Source: a virus (taxonomy: Duplodnaviria; Caudoviricetes). From it: DNA of 43,461 bases. The DNA is taken from IMG/VR virus record IMGVR_UViG_3300048895_000041, positions 1 to 43,461 of that record; one strand, written 5' to 3'. The position numbers and the translations under genes are program-made. Numbering within the stretch: position 1 is the first letter of the stretch; each line of letters starts with the position of its first letter. Shown here piece after piece: positions 1-8,194 of this stretch. The notes under the pieces are model-generated. The model had not been told where the DNA came from. It saw nothing but the letters and a program-made list of their open reading frames with translations, and ran no database searches.

Positions 1-127
1 CTGGGCCAGAGTTCGGGAAGGACATCAGTTCGACTGGTCTTCGCTGGACTACCGCATCGCGCCAGAGCCGAGGAAGGCGAGGGAGTGGTGGATGTCAGAA
101 AACGGATCACTCCGTAGAGTTTTCTCC
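1..127 (+). repeat. 127-bp terminal direct repeat, copy 1 (assembler circular overlap)
   Basis: Identical to 43335-43461; 127 is a common assembler k-mer; lies mid-CDS. Confidence 0.95.
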
Positions 128-195
128 ACCCTTCAAGCAGCAAAAGGAGAATTCCCTCGCGAAGACTTCATCTGCGTCCGCGAAGTGCTGCCCGA

Positions 196-615
196 ATGAC
201 CTACTCCTTCGTCGTCATTGGACTCCCAGCGTCGCAAGGCAGCAAGCGTTACGTAGGGCGCGGGATCATGATCGAATCGGACAAGCGCCTGCCTGCTTGG
301 CGCGAGGCCGTGAAGTGGATGGCCGTGCAGGCGCGTGGCACTAATCCTCCGCTGGATGGCCCGTTGCGCTGCACGATGGTCTTCACACTGCCAAAGCCGA
401 AGTCGGCCCCGAAGGCGCGACGCACTTGGCCGGACAAGAAACCGGACCTGTCGAAACTCGTGCGCAGCGTCGAGGACGCACTGACGGACAGCGGTATCAT
501 CGTGGATGACGCCAGGATTGTTGAATACGGCGAGACGCGCAAGGTATTCCCGAACGAAGACCCGAAGGCGCTCGATGTCCCTGGCGTCCGCATCGAATTG
601 GAGAAGGTGGCGTGA
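196..615 (+). CDS. rusA: RusA-family Holliday junction resolvase
   Basis: KPDLSKLVRSVEDALT..GIIVDDARIVE matches the RusA catalytic Asp motif; N-terminal G.P..QGSKR. Confidence 0.9.
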   Translation: MTYSFVVIGLPASQGSKRYVGRGIMIESDKRLPAWREAVKWMAVQARGTNPPLDGPLRCTMVFTLPKPKSAPKARRTWPDKKPDLSKLVRSVEDALTDSGIIVDDARIVEYGETRKVFPNEDPKALDVPGVRIELEKVA

Positions 616-1031
616 CGAACATCGCCGCATGGCGCAAGGTGGCGTGCCCGACGTGCCGCATGGGCGCTGGCAGCCCGTGCTGGACCTTCTTGGAGAATCG
701 TGTAGTTCATCCGACAAAACATCCCCACGTCGCACGCATCGCTGCGGGTAAGAAGGCTCAGCGCAAGAGGAACAACGTGAAAACTGTACTGACGAGTATT
801 CTTTTCCTGCTCATCTGCGCCTGTACGCCGCAACCGATCGCACCAGACGCACAGGCGCAAATTTCCACATTGCAGCATCGCTATGCGGCCAAGCTAGCTA
901 AGGCGCACGGCATTTGTACGCCGCTGTGCTATGTAGTTGCGAAGGACGTGGTGATGGCGGACAGCGAGCGCACGGCATCGGCAATCGCCGTGGCCAACGA
1001 GATGATGGCGGCTTGGGAGACGGAGAAGTGA
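612..1031 (+). CDS. Hypothetical: N-terminal phage zinc finger (CPTC..GSPC..HxxR) in frame with a lipoprotein-like segment; probable internal start at GTG 777
   Basis: Cys/His motif; AAGAGG before GTG 777; hydrophobic stretch ending LLICAC (lipobox-like). Confidence 0.6.
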   Translation: MTNIAAWRKVACPTCRMGAGSPCWTFLENRVVHPTKHPHVARIAAGKKAQRKRNNVKTVLTSILFLLICACTPQPIAPDAQAQISTLQHRYAAKLAKAHGICTPLCYVVAKDVVMADSERTASAIAVANEMMAAWETEK

Positions 1032-1237
1032 GCGAATCATTAGGCGAAGCATTGCCGCGCGAAATGACGCGGGTTAGAGACGAAATAATGCCAATGTATA
1101 TTTCCATTGGACCGCCAGGAGCGATGGCACTTGCGCTGATGCGGAACGAACTCGATAGAGCGCAAAAGGCCATGTCTGAGGGCGACGTAATCGCGATGAT
1201 GCGTTGCTACGAATCATTGAAGGGATATACTTCGTGA
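1028..1237 (+). CDS. Hypothetical phage protein
   Basis: GTGA overlap with upstream stop, GGAG RBS, 69 aa. Confidence 0.7.
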   Translation: MSESLGEALPREMTRVRDEIMPMYISIGPPGAMALALMRNELDRAQKAMSEGDVIAMMRCYESLKGYTS

Positions 1238-1665
1238 GTCGCTTCCTCGAAGCTCTCTCAGTCACCCCGTTGGCCGATGGCCAGAACTGGCGCGTGAACT
1301 CGACGTTTGGCTTCGTTGACGAAAACCATTTAGTGCAGGTGCCGGCTGGTTTCATCACCGACATGGCCAGTATCCCAAAGCTGCTGCGCAACGTACTGCC
1401 AGTCTGGAACGTCTACGGCCCCGCCGCCGTGATCCACGATTACCTCTATTGGACGCAGGTCACGACGCGCGAAGAGGCCGACTCCGTGCTGCTCGAAGCG
1501 ATGCGCGTGCTCGGCGTGCCGGAGGAAACGGCTGCGATGATTCACGACGGCGTTCGCGTGGGCGGTCAAACCGCTTGGGACAACAACGCCGAACTCAAGG
1601 CCAGCGGCTACACGCGCATGGCATCGCTGCAAGACCTTCCGCCGTATGCGAGTCCGGTGCCGTGA
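1234..1665 (+). CDS. DUF1353-family protein (commonly lysis-cassette associated)
   Basis: VPAGFITDMASIP...YGPAAVIHDYLY...REEADSVLLEAM motif. Confidence 0.85.
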   Translation: MSRFLEALSVTPLADGQNWRVNSTFGFVDENHLVQVPAGFITDMASIPKLLRNVLPVWNVYGPAAVIHDYLYWTQVTTREEADSVLLEAMRVLGVPEETAAMIHDGVRVGGQTAWDNNAELKASGYTRMASLQDLPPYASPVP

Positions 1666-2153
1666 CGCGGCTGGCCGGTATTGATCCTAACGTGGCAGCG
1701 TTTCTCGATCTGATAGGTTGGAGCGAGATTGGACCTGCACTGATGGCGGTCAGCGACGGCGGCTACAACGTGCTGGTGGGATCGACGCCAGCCAAGCCGC
1801 TGCTGTTCCACGACTACAGCACGCACCCGCGCATCCACAACGATGCGATGAACAGCGACGCCGCCGGCAAGCCGCAATTCCTCGGGCGTTACTGGCCGTA
1901 CTATCGTGACAAACTGAACTTGCCAGACTTCGGGCCTGAGTCGCAGGAGAAATGGGCTATCGCCTACATTGGCGAATGCCATGCGCTGCCCGATATTCTC
2001 GCCGGCAACATCGAACAGGCAATCACCAAATGCGGGAGCCGATGGGCGAGTTTCCCCGGCAACAATTACCAGCAGCATCAGCACACGATGACCGATTTAC
2101 TCAACGCCTACGCGGTCGCGCGGGCGAAATACACGACAGGAGGTGCGGCATGA
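1662..2153 (+). CDS. Endolysin, lambda R-like lytic transglycosylase (GH104)
   Basis: AFLDLIGWSE catalytic Glu, GYNVLVG, FHDYSTHP, AAG.QF, LPDFGPESQ, WASFPG..YQQ; GTGA overlap start. Confidence 0.9.
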   Translation: MTRLAGIDPNVAAFLDLIGWSEIGPALMAVSDGGYNVLVGSTPAKPLLFHDYSTHPRIHNDAMNSDAAGKPQFLGRYWPYYRDKLNLPDFGPESQEKWAIAYIGECHALPDILAGNIEQAITKCGSRWASFPGNNYQQHQHTMTDLLNAYAVARAKYTTGGAA

Positions 2154-2359
2154 AAAATCAATGCGACAACTGCCGCTACTGGCGCAAATGCGAGTCCCCG
2201 GCGCGCGAGCACCCCAACGGCACCACCAGCGGGCATTGTTTTCGCTACCCGCCGCCGGGGTCGATCTGGCCACTCACGCTGTCGATCGACGTGTGCGGGG
2301 AACATCAGCGAGGCCCGCAAATTGCCATCTCTTACGCCGACATTCCACAGGTAGCATGA
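2150..2359 (+). CDS. Small Cys-rich hypothetical protein
   Basis: CDNCRYW..GHCFRYPP..WP....CGEH; GGAGG RBS. Confidence 0.75.
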   Translation: MKNQCDNCRYWRKCESPAREHPNGTTSGHCFRYPPPGSIWPLTLSIDVCGEHQRGPQIAISYADIPQVA

Positions 2360-2360
2360 C

Positions 2361-2579
2361 ATGAGACTCTGCAAAGATTGCAAGCATCGCTTCTTCACAA
2401 AAGTGCTATGGATTTTCCCGTTAAAGGTTGCGGGCGGACGATGTGATCGAGTCCCACGAATAGGTGAACCTGAATTATCCCTCATTACAGGCAAAAAGAC
2501 CGAAAGGGGGTTCTGTGAGGTCAACCGGAAAAATGGGCAACCTTGCGGACCTGAAGGCAAGCAATTCGAGCCAGTATGA
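2361..2579 (+). CDS. Small Cys-rich hypothetical protein
   Basis: LCKDCKH..C..C...R....CGPEGKQFEP, a recurrent phage motif. Confidence 0.75.
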   Translation: MRLCKDCKHRFFTKVLWIFPLKVAGGRCDRVPRIGEPELSLITGKKTERGFCEVNRKNGQPCGPEGKQFEPV

Positions 2580-2659
2580 ACATGACCGCCGCATGCCTCC
2601 TGGCGCTGATTCTGTACTGGTCAGTACACCGTCGCAACACCAATAGGAACGGATTATGA
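2576..2659 (+). CDS. Putative 27-aa single-TM peptide (MNMTAACLLALILYWSVHRRNTNRNGL)
   Basis: ATGA overlap with upstream stop; hydrophobic core then basic tail; fills the gap before the holin. Confidence 0.4.
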   Translation: MNMTAACLLALILYWSVHRRNTNRNGL

Positions 2660-2665
2660 TGGTGC

Positions 2666-2977
2666 GTGGACGCGAAGCCCGACGACAAGATAACTCCCGT
2701 GCTCAACAAGCTGGAATGGACGGCTGTAATCGTCATCGGGTTGGTCACGCTGACGGAGATTTTCGTGACCGTGGCGCCGTATTTCGGCTATCACCCGACC
2801 GGGGAGACTTCGGCTCTGTCGCAGCAGCAGACCATCATGCAGAATGTGTTCATCAGTTGCGTATCCTTCCTGATTGGGGCCAGCGTCGGCACGCGCAAGA
2901 AGGACGACGCGCTGGTCACGCAAGCCAACACCGCCGCCAAGCTCGCGGCAAAACCACCGTCAACTACAGGAGAATGA
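2666..2977 (+). CDS. Putative holin
   Basis: Two hydrophobic segments, FLIGASVGTRKKD C-terminal motif, near endolysin. Confidence 0.6.
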   Translation: MDAKPDDKITPVLNKLEWTAVIVIGLVTLTEIFVTVAPYFGYHPTGETSALSQQQTIMQNVFISCVSFLIGASVGTRKKDDALVTQANTAAKLAAKPPSTTGE

Positions 2978-2978
2978 A

Positions 2979-3185
2979 TTGAGCGTTCAAGGTTTGCAGA
3001 AAGCCGCACAAGTCCTCAACGCCGTCGGGCAGCTTCTTCCGGTCATCGGGGAAGCCGACGCCGAAGGACTCGACGTGGCCAAGCTGATCAACGGTTCGCT
3101 GCTGCGCATGGGTGTGGCGGCGCCGGAGCTTGTGGCGGCTGTTGTAGCCATCGTTCAACCACCCGTACCGGATGTAGCGTCATGA
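2979..3185 (+). CDS. Hypothetical protein
   Basis: TTG start with AGGAG RBS; ATGA overlap with next gene. Confidence 0.6.
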   Translation: MSVQGLQKAAQVLNAVGQLLPVIGEADAEGLDVAKLINGSLLRMGVAAPELVAAVVAIVQPPVPDVAS

Positions 3186-3670
3186 ACCTATTCCAGCTTT
3201 TCGATAGCGCATTCTCCAACTGGTTCAAGGCGCGTGCGCGCACGCGCCAGCCGAAGGTATCGCGCAGCAGCTTTCGCCATTACCGGCATCATGCAGCACA
3301 GACCAACTACATCCCGTCGCCGCGCAGGGGTTGGCATTACGAAAATGGCAATCTGGTGCGCAACGTGGCCATCGGCTTGCTGCTGACGTTGCTTTGCGGC
3401 TGCAACCTGACGCTCGTCAAGAAAGCCTCGGCCTTCACCTTGGCGGACGCACAGGCGGCCCTGGTCATCGCGCAGCAGGCAGGTGACAACTATGGCATCA
3501 CCTGCTGGAGCGAAGTCATCAACTGGGTGCAGACGGTGCCGCAGGTATCGCAGCCTGTCGTCGGCGCGCTGTCGGCCATCGAGGGCGGCCGCGTCGACCT
3601 GCTGTTCGTCAATGCCGGCGTGCCTGCCAACGTGCGCCGCGATTGCGCGGCGATAGGTATTGCGCTGTGA
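3182..3670 (+). CDS. Putative lipoprotein (possible spanin-like); possible internal start at GTG 3356
   Basis: VRNVAIGLLLTLLCGC lipobox-like segment; lysis neighbourhood. Confidence 0.5.
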   Translation: MNLFQLFDSAFSNWFKARARTRQPKVSRSSFRHYRHHAAQTNYIPSPRRGWHYENGNLVRNVAIGLLLTLLCGCNLTLVKKASAFTLADAQAALVIAQQAGDNYGITCWSEVINWVQTVPQVSQPVVGALSAIEGGRVDLLFVNAGVPANVRRDCAAIGIAL

Positions 3671-4104
3671 GCATCGGCTCCGGCAGCGGAGTAATAGATC
3701 GTGCGTGGACCGATGCGCTGGTCAAGCAAATCCTTTCCGAATGCACGATCAATCGTGACTTCAACGTGCCGCTCGGCGCTGGATCATCACAGGATGGCCA
3801 GACCATCTACATCGACAAGTCGATTCCGAATTCGTACAAGCAGAAAGGCGGCGCCGTCGTGCCGTCGGATCACTACGTCGCGGTGCATGAGTACGTCGAG
3901 AAGCGTCTGCTGGATGCCGGTATCAAGTATCTGCCGGCGCATGCGTCGGCCACGGCGACGGAACTGGCTGCCGTGCAAGACGATGGCTTCGACGTCAATC
4001 AGTACGACACATTCTTCGACAAATGGCTCAAGGTCGCCGCCAAGCACAAGCTGGGCGACGACACGCCGCCGGATTTGGAACTCAAACCTTACGAGGAGAG
4101 TTGA
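3667..4104 (+). CDS. Hypothetical protein with HExxE...H metal-binding (zincin-like) motif
   Basis: IYIDK...VAVHEYVEKRL....Y..AH..AT..E. Confidence 0.6.
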   Translation: MSIGSGSGVIDRAWTDALVKQILSECTINRDFNVPLGAGSSQDGQTIYIDKSIPNSYKQKGGAVVPSDHYVAVHEYVEKRLLDAGIKYLPAHASATATELAAVQDDGFDVNQYDTFFDKWLKVAAKHKLGDDTPPDLELKPYEES

Positions 4105-4106
4105 AC

Positions 4107-4247
4107 ATGCCACTGACCAAAAGTTCCAGCAAGAAAGCATTCTCGCGCAACGTCAAGGCCGAGATAAAAGCCGGCCGGCCGCAAAAACAGGCCGTCGCCA
4201 TTGCTTACAGCGTCAAGCGCAAGGCGCAGGGGAAGCGCGGGCGGTGA
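4107..4247 (+). CDS. Small basic phage protein (KQAVAIAYS family)
   Basis: MPLTKSSSKKAFSRNVKAEIKAGRPQKQAVAIAYS; GAGGAG RBS. Confidence 0.85.
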   Translation: MPLTKSSSKKAFSRNVKAEIKAGRPQKQAVAIAYSVKRKAQGKRGR

Positions 4248-4396
4248 ACCGCCTGTCCGATTTCCTGCGGCATTTGCGCGAGTGGCTATGCGCAGTGCTA
4301 GGATTGGGCTGCACGAACGCCAACCGCGGCGATTTTCGCGCACGACTTTGGTTTGTTTCAGACGCCAATCACAACCCCATTTTTCTGGAGACTTAC

Positions 4397-4699
4397 ATGT
4401 CCGCTTCCCTCACGCTTTCCCTCGACGACACAGGCGCCCACAGCGCCGTCCTGACCTGCACGAACACGCAGGACGGATCGCCTGCGCAGAACGTCACGAT
4501 CTCCTACGCCGGCGACAACGATGCCGTGGCGACCGTAGCGCCGGACACCGGAGCCCTGCGCCTTGTGTCAGTCGGCACCTGCAACATCACCGGCACCGGC
4601 GTACGCGGCGCGTTCACGCACAGCGACACCGGCGTGCTGACCGTGACACCGGGCGATCCGAACGCACAAGATTTCACGGCCACGCTGGGGCTGTCGTGA
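4397..4699 (+). CDS. Ig-like (Big_2-type) domain protein; frame open from GTG 4244
   Basis: ISY..DNDAVATV...G.L..VSVGTCNITGT pattern; GGAG RBS before ATG 4397. Confidence 0.7.
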   Translation: MSASLTLSLDDTGAHSAVLTCTNTQDGSPAQNVTISYAGDNDAVATVAPDTGALRLVSVGTCNITGTGVRGAFTHSDTGVLTVTPGDPNAQDFTATLGLS

Positions 4700-4869
4700 G
4701 CACGCCTCGCTGGGATGCGCTGGTACACAAAGTCGGTCGCGGCCGATACGCCACAAAACTGAACCATGCACGGCATGCCCGGAAAGTGTCGGGACTGTCG
4801 CGCAGGCAGTGGCGCAAGTTGACGCACAAGCCGTACGGCTGGTTTCAGGGCGTGGCTGCTTATCGCTGA
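4696..4869 (+). CDS. Small basic hypothetical protein
   Basis: GTGA overlap; 57 aa, Arg/Lys-rich. Confidence 0.55.
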   Translation: MSTPRWDALVHKVGRGRYATKLNHARHARKVSGLSRRQWRKLTHKPYGWFQGVAAYR

Positions 4870-4870
4870 A

Positions 4871-4905
4871 ATAAAAACCCCGACTAGGAGTTAGCTAGTC
4901 GGGGT
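4871..4905 (-). terminator. Intrinsic terminator with U-tract on the minus strand; hairpin may also act on + transcripts
   Basis: 11-bp stem accccgactag (4877-4887)/ctagtcggggt (4895-4905) with an A-run on its left. Confidence 0.8.
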
Positions 4906-4990
4906 CGGGGCCAAGCGCCACGAAGGGCGAACGAACGTGGAGTAGGCGAAGGGGGAGACGTCATGCTCCACGTAGTCGATTCGCTCGCCT
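4871..4990 (-). ncRNA. Candidate ~120-nt structured antisense sRNA
   Basis: TTGACA on minus strand (5022-5027); long hairpin pairing better on minus strand (G-U); C-rich loop; own terminator. Confidence 0.5.
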
Positions 4991-5030
4991 AAGAACAAGT
5001 TGAACACGATTGTTAAAGGGGTGTCAAGTC

Positions 5031-5228
5031 ATGCCAACACGGCGCCAGTATCTCCGTAACCAATCCGTAGCCGGGCACGAGCAGCGCATACGACGCGCAC
5101 TCACGCCCGAACGCATCGCCGATCTGGCTACGGCGGCTTGCCAGGGCGAGCGAGCGGCTTGGGAAGGGCTGCGCCTGCTGCAGCTTCCGATGCGCTACCT
5201 GCTGCATTTCCCGAGGCTGCCGCAATGA
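5031..5228 (+). CDS. Hypothetical protein
   Basis: AAAGGGG RBS; ATGA overlap with next gene. Confidence 0.55.
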   Translation: MPTRRQYLRNQSVAGHEQRIRRALTPERIADLATAACQGERAAWEGLRLLQLPMRYLLHFPRLPQ

Positions 5229-5446
5229 CCGCCCTGCACAAGCCGCCCTACCCCACACACCGCGTTGCCCGCGCAGCCTTCGTGGGTGGGCTTATACGCG
5301 CGGAGCACCACGCCCTCCTAGGCATGGTGCCCGCAATGTCGGAAGCGCCTTCTGCGCGCCTGCAGGCGGTCTGGGAGGCCGTGGCGATCAAGGCCATCGA
5401 GTTACGCTGCCTGTGCGCCGAACTGGAGGGGCTGGAGTCGACATGA
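5225..5446 (+). CDS. Hypothetical protein
   Basis: ATGA overlaps on both sides, coupling it to the primase-helicase. Confidence 0.6.
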   Translation: MTALHKPPYPTHRVARAAFVGGLIRAEHHALLGMVPAMSEAPSARLQAVWEAVAIKAIELRCLCAELEGLEST

Positions 5447-7239
5447 GTGCCACCCTGATCGTCGATGCCGGCGCCGCGGAGAAGCGGGCTCGCCACCTGT
5501 TCCCGTCCGCCTCGATCGTCTCCACGATGGGGCTGCGCACGGAAGACCCGGACCTGACGCCGTACAAGAACGCCGAAATCGTGCTGTGGTGTCATTCGCC
5601 GGACCTGTTGGCCGACCAGTTGAGCGGGACGGCGGCGAAGATCAGTATCGTGCAGGGCGAGAAGTTCATTCAGGAATTCAACGGCAACGCGGAAGCCGTC
5701 CGACATTGGCTGAGAGCCAATGTAAGGCCCTACGAGCCGCCCACCTGTATATCCGACCCACGGGCAACCCCGGACAACATCGTGGCGCCTGCGCCGTCTG
5801 AGGCAGCCGTAGCGGTATCCAAACCAGTGCCCGCTACCGTGACGCCGATTACGGAGGCCAGGACACGCCGGCAAGAGAAGCCAAAGGTTGACGAGGCTGA
5901 ATTGCCCTCGCAGTACGGGCACGACACACTGGCGGCGCAGTTCACGACGGAAAATCCGGACTGGCGGCATGTAGCTGAATGGAGCAAGTGGCTGCGCTGG
6001 AGTGGGGCTTATTGGGAGCGCGACACAACCGGCATCGTCATGGAACTGGCCAGGCAGGTATGCCGTACCGCGGCCTACGATGCGCGCTCGCGCGATATCC
6101 CGGCGGCGACCATCCGCGGCATCGTGGCCAAGACAACCATCGAAGCAGTCGAGAAGATCGCGCGCTCTGATCCGGCGCACGCTCGCACGGCAGAGCATTG
6201 GGACGCCGATCCTTGGCTGCTGAACACGCCCGGCGGCATCGTGGACTTGCGCGACGGATCGCTGCGGCCTGGGCGGCCAGAGGATCACGCCACACGCATC
6301 ACCCGCGGCGTTCCCGCAACGGACAGTTATTGCCCGACATGGATGCAGTTTCTGGCCGATGCAACGAACAACAACGCCGACTTGATGCGCTATCTGCAGC
6401 GCGTCGTGGGCTACTTTCTGACCGGCAGTGTGCGCGACCATGCGTTGTTTTTCGTCCACGGCAACGGCGGCAACGGCAAGGGCACATTCCTGCGCACGAT
6501 CAACTGGGTACTGAACGACTACGCCTGGACTGCCGATGCCGATGTGTTCATTGAGCAGAAGAATCCCCAGCACAAGACCGAATTAGCCTCTTTCATGGGC
6601 AGGCGCCTGGTATCTTCTGAAGAAATCAACGAGGGCGCGCGCTGGAACGAGGCGCGCATCAACAAGCTGACCGGCGGCGACACGATTACGGCCAACTTCA
6701 TGCGGCAGGACCAATTCTCATTCGTTCCGACGCACAAGCTGCTGATTGTTGCCAACAACAAGCCCCTGTTCCGCAATGTGGGCGATGCCATTCGTCGCCG
6801 GCTGCATCTGATCCCCTTTACCCACAAGATTGAAAAGCCCGACGGGCGCATTGAGGACCGGCTGCGCGCCGATTCGGATGGGATACTGCGCTGGGCCGTA
6901 GCTGGGTGTCTGGAATGGCAGCGAATCGGACTGGAACCACCGGAACTGGTGCGGCTCGCAACGGGTGATTATCTAGCCTCGCAGGACGCTTTATCGACAT
7001 GGATCGAAGAGTGCTTGGCTTTGCAGCCGTCGTTTTCCGGCAAGGTAAGCGACGTTTACGCCAACTTCAAGTCATGGGCAGAAGTCAGCGGGGAAGGAGC
7101 GATGGGACGCAGGCGATTTGTCGAGGCGATGGCGACACGCGGCCATATCAGCGAAAGGATTGGTGGCACATATTACCTGCGCGGATTGCAGATAAAGCCC
7201 AGCCCTTCTACACAAGGCGCTGGGCTTTATAACGACTAA
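5443..7239 (+). CDS. P4-family phage/plasmid primase-helicase (D5_N + SF3 helicase + C-terminal winged helix)
   Basis: WDADPWLLNTPGGIVDLRDG (D5_N), Walker A GNGGNGKGT, RLVSSEE, KLTGGDTITA, ANNKP, AIRRRL. Confidence 0.92.
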   Translation: MSATLIVDAGAAEKRARHLFPSASIVSTMGLRTEDPDLTPYKNAEIVLWCHSPDLLADQLSGTAAKISIVQGEKFIQEFNGNAEAVRHWLRANVRPYEPPTCISDPRATPDNIVAPAPSEAAVAVSKPVPATVTPITEARTRRQEKPKVDEAELPSQYGHDTLAAQFTTENPDWRHVAEWSKWLRWSGAYWERDTTGIVMELARQVCRTAAYDARSRDIPAATIRGIVAKTTIEAVEKIARSDPAHARTAEHWDADPWLLNTPGGIVDLRDGSLRPGRPEDHATRITRGVPATDSYCPTWMQFLADATNNNADLMRYLQRVVGYFLTGSVRDHALFFVHGNGGNGKGTFLRTINWVLNDYAWTADADVFIEQKNPQHKTELASFMGRRLVSSEEINEGARWNEARINKLTGGDTITANFMRQDQFSFVPTHKLLIVANNKPLFRNVGDAIRRRLHLIPFTHKIEKPDGRIEDRLRADSDGILRWAVAGCLEWQRIGLEPPELVRLATGDYLASQDALSTWIEECLALQPSFSGKVSDVYANFKSWAEVSGEGAMGRRRFVEAMATRGHISERIGGTYYLRGLQIKPSPSTQGAGLYND

Positions 7240-7241
7240 AA

Positions 7242-7466
7242 CTACTTCTGCGCTTCGTCGTGCCGTTTGATCTCTTCGATCACTTCGGCGCGCCCTGCCT
7301 CGCGAGCCAGGGCGTCTGCAATCGTGGCTTCGACGCTGCGAGTGCCCTTGGCTGCCAACAGGTGCGCCAATGCCTGCGGCGTAAACCACACGCTGCGCTG
7401 CGTGTCGCCTGCCGCCAGGCGCTTGTTGCGCCAAGCGGTCATGTAGGGCTTGCGTTTGTAAGTCAT
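7242..7466 (-). CDS. Small putative DNA-binding protein (ribbon-helix-helix-like)
   Basis: Basic N-terminus, QRSVWFTPQA strand, then two helices. Confidence 0.5.
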   Translation of the reverse strand: MTYKRKPYMTAWRNKRLAAGDTQRSVWFTPQALAHLLAAKGTRSVEATIADALAREAGRAEVIEEIKRHDEAQK

Positions 7467-7717
7467 AACGGCCCATCCCCCTCGAAGTATTCCGAATCCT
7501 CGCGCGACGACTCTGCGGCGTGTTCGTCGGCCTCGTCCTGCGCCGCGCGTGCCTCCTCGACGGCCAGCATGCACGCCAGCGCGTACACCTGGTCGTCCGA
7601 GGGCATGTCGCCACCGTCGTCGGATAGCTGGTCGCGTGCGTCTTCCAGATGGCGCTGCGTCGGCTCGATGTCGTCACCCGTGGGCTGATGGGTTAGCCAG
7701 AGGTCGAAGGTGGTCAT
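7463..7717 (-). CDS. Highly acidic small protein
   Basis: 84 aa, strongly Asp/Glu-rich; AAGGAG RBS. Confidence 0.75.
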   Translation of the reverse strand: MTTFDLWLTHQPTGDDIEPTQRHLEDARDQLSDDGGDMPSDDQVYALACMLAVEEARAAQDEADEHAAESSREDSEYFEGDGPL

Positions 7718-7866
7718 GTCGTAGCTCCTTTTGCGCCGCGTAGTCGGTCGTAAAGCGCGCGGTCTTGTGGTTCGATTTCCGGTAGCTCATCGTCGTCTGA
7801 TGATTCCAAGCAGCGGAACCATTCGCAGATGCGCTCGATGTCTTGGTAAGTAAGGATGATGGTCAT
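7714..7866 (-). CDS. Hypothetical protein
   Basis: ATGA overlaps on both sides. Confidence 0.6.
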   Translation of the reverse strand: MTIILTYQDIERICEWFRCLESSDDDELPEIEPQDRALYDRLRGAKGATT

Positions 7867-8027
7867 AGTAGCCCCCAATGCTCTAATGCTGTCGCCACCC
7901 CGAGGAAGTAAGCGATAAAGAGTAAAAGATAGCCGACCCAAAACCGCCACGCTTTGATGGCGTCATGGCCGGCGATTACCCCATAGACGACGGACAATAC
8001 GTAGAATCCGATAGAGCCACCGCTCAT
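7863..8027 (-). CDS. 54-aa two-TM membrane protein
   Basis: MSGGSIGFYVLSVVYGVIAG...WVGYLLLFIAYFLGVATA; ATGA overlaps; absent from the ORF track. Confidence 0.65.
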   Translation of the reverse strand: MSGGSIGFYVLSVVYGVIAGHDAIKAWRFWVGYLLLFIAYFLGVATALEHWGLL

Positions 8028-8194
8028 GGATGCACCATGTGCGGCTGTATGTGCGGCAGCAGCTTGTGAAACTTCTCAGCCGCTGCATTCCAGTCCGCAC
8101 GACTCCAACGTGTACGGCCAGCCTTGCGCATGCTGCGATTGCCAGCGTCGCGCGACGCAGCCATTGCCAGCGAATAGGTAAGGGTGATTTTCAT
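8024..8194 (-). CDS. 56-aa hypothetical phage protein
   Basis: MKITLTYSLAMAASRDAGNRSMRKAGRTRWSRADWNAAAEKF; coupled start and stop. Confidence 0.7.
   Translation of the reverse strand: MKITLTYSLAMAASRDAGNRSMRKAGRTRWSRADWNAAAEKFHKLLPHIQPHMVHP

Noticed and set aside
4910-4990. Second tRNA
   Set aside because: No T-loop, anticodon arm or CCA; folds as one long hairpin
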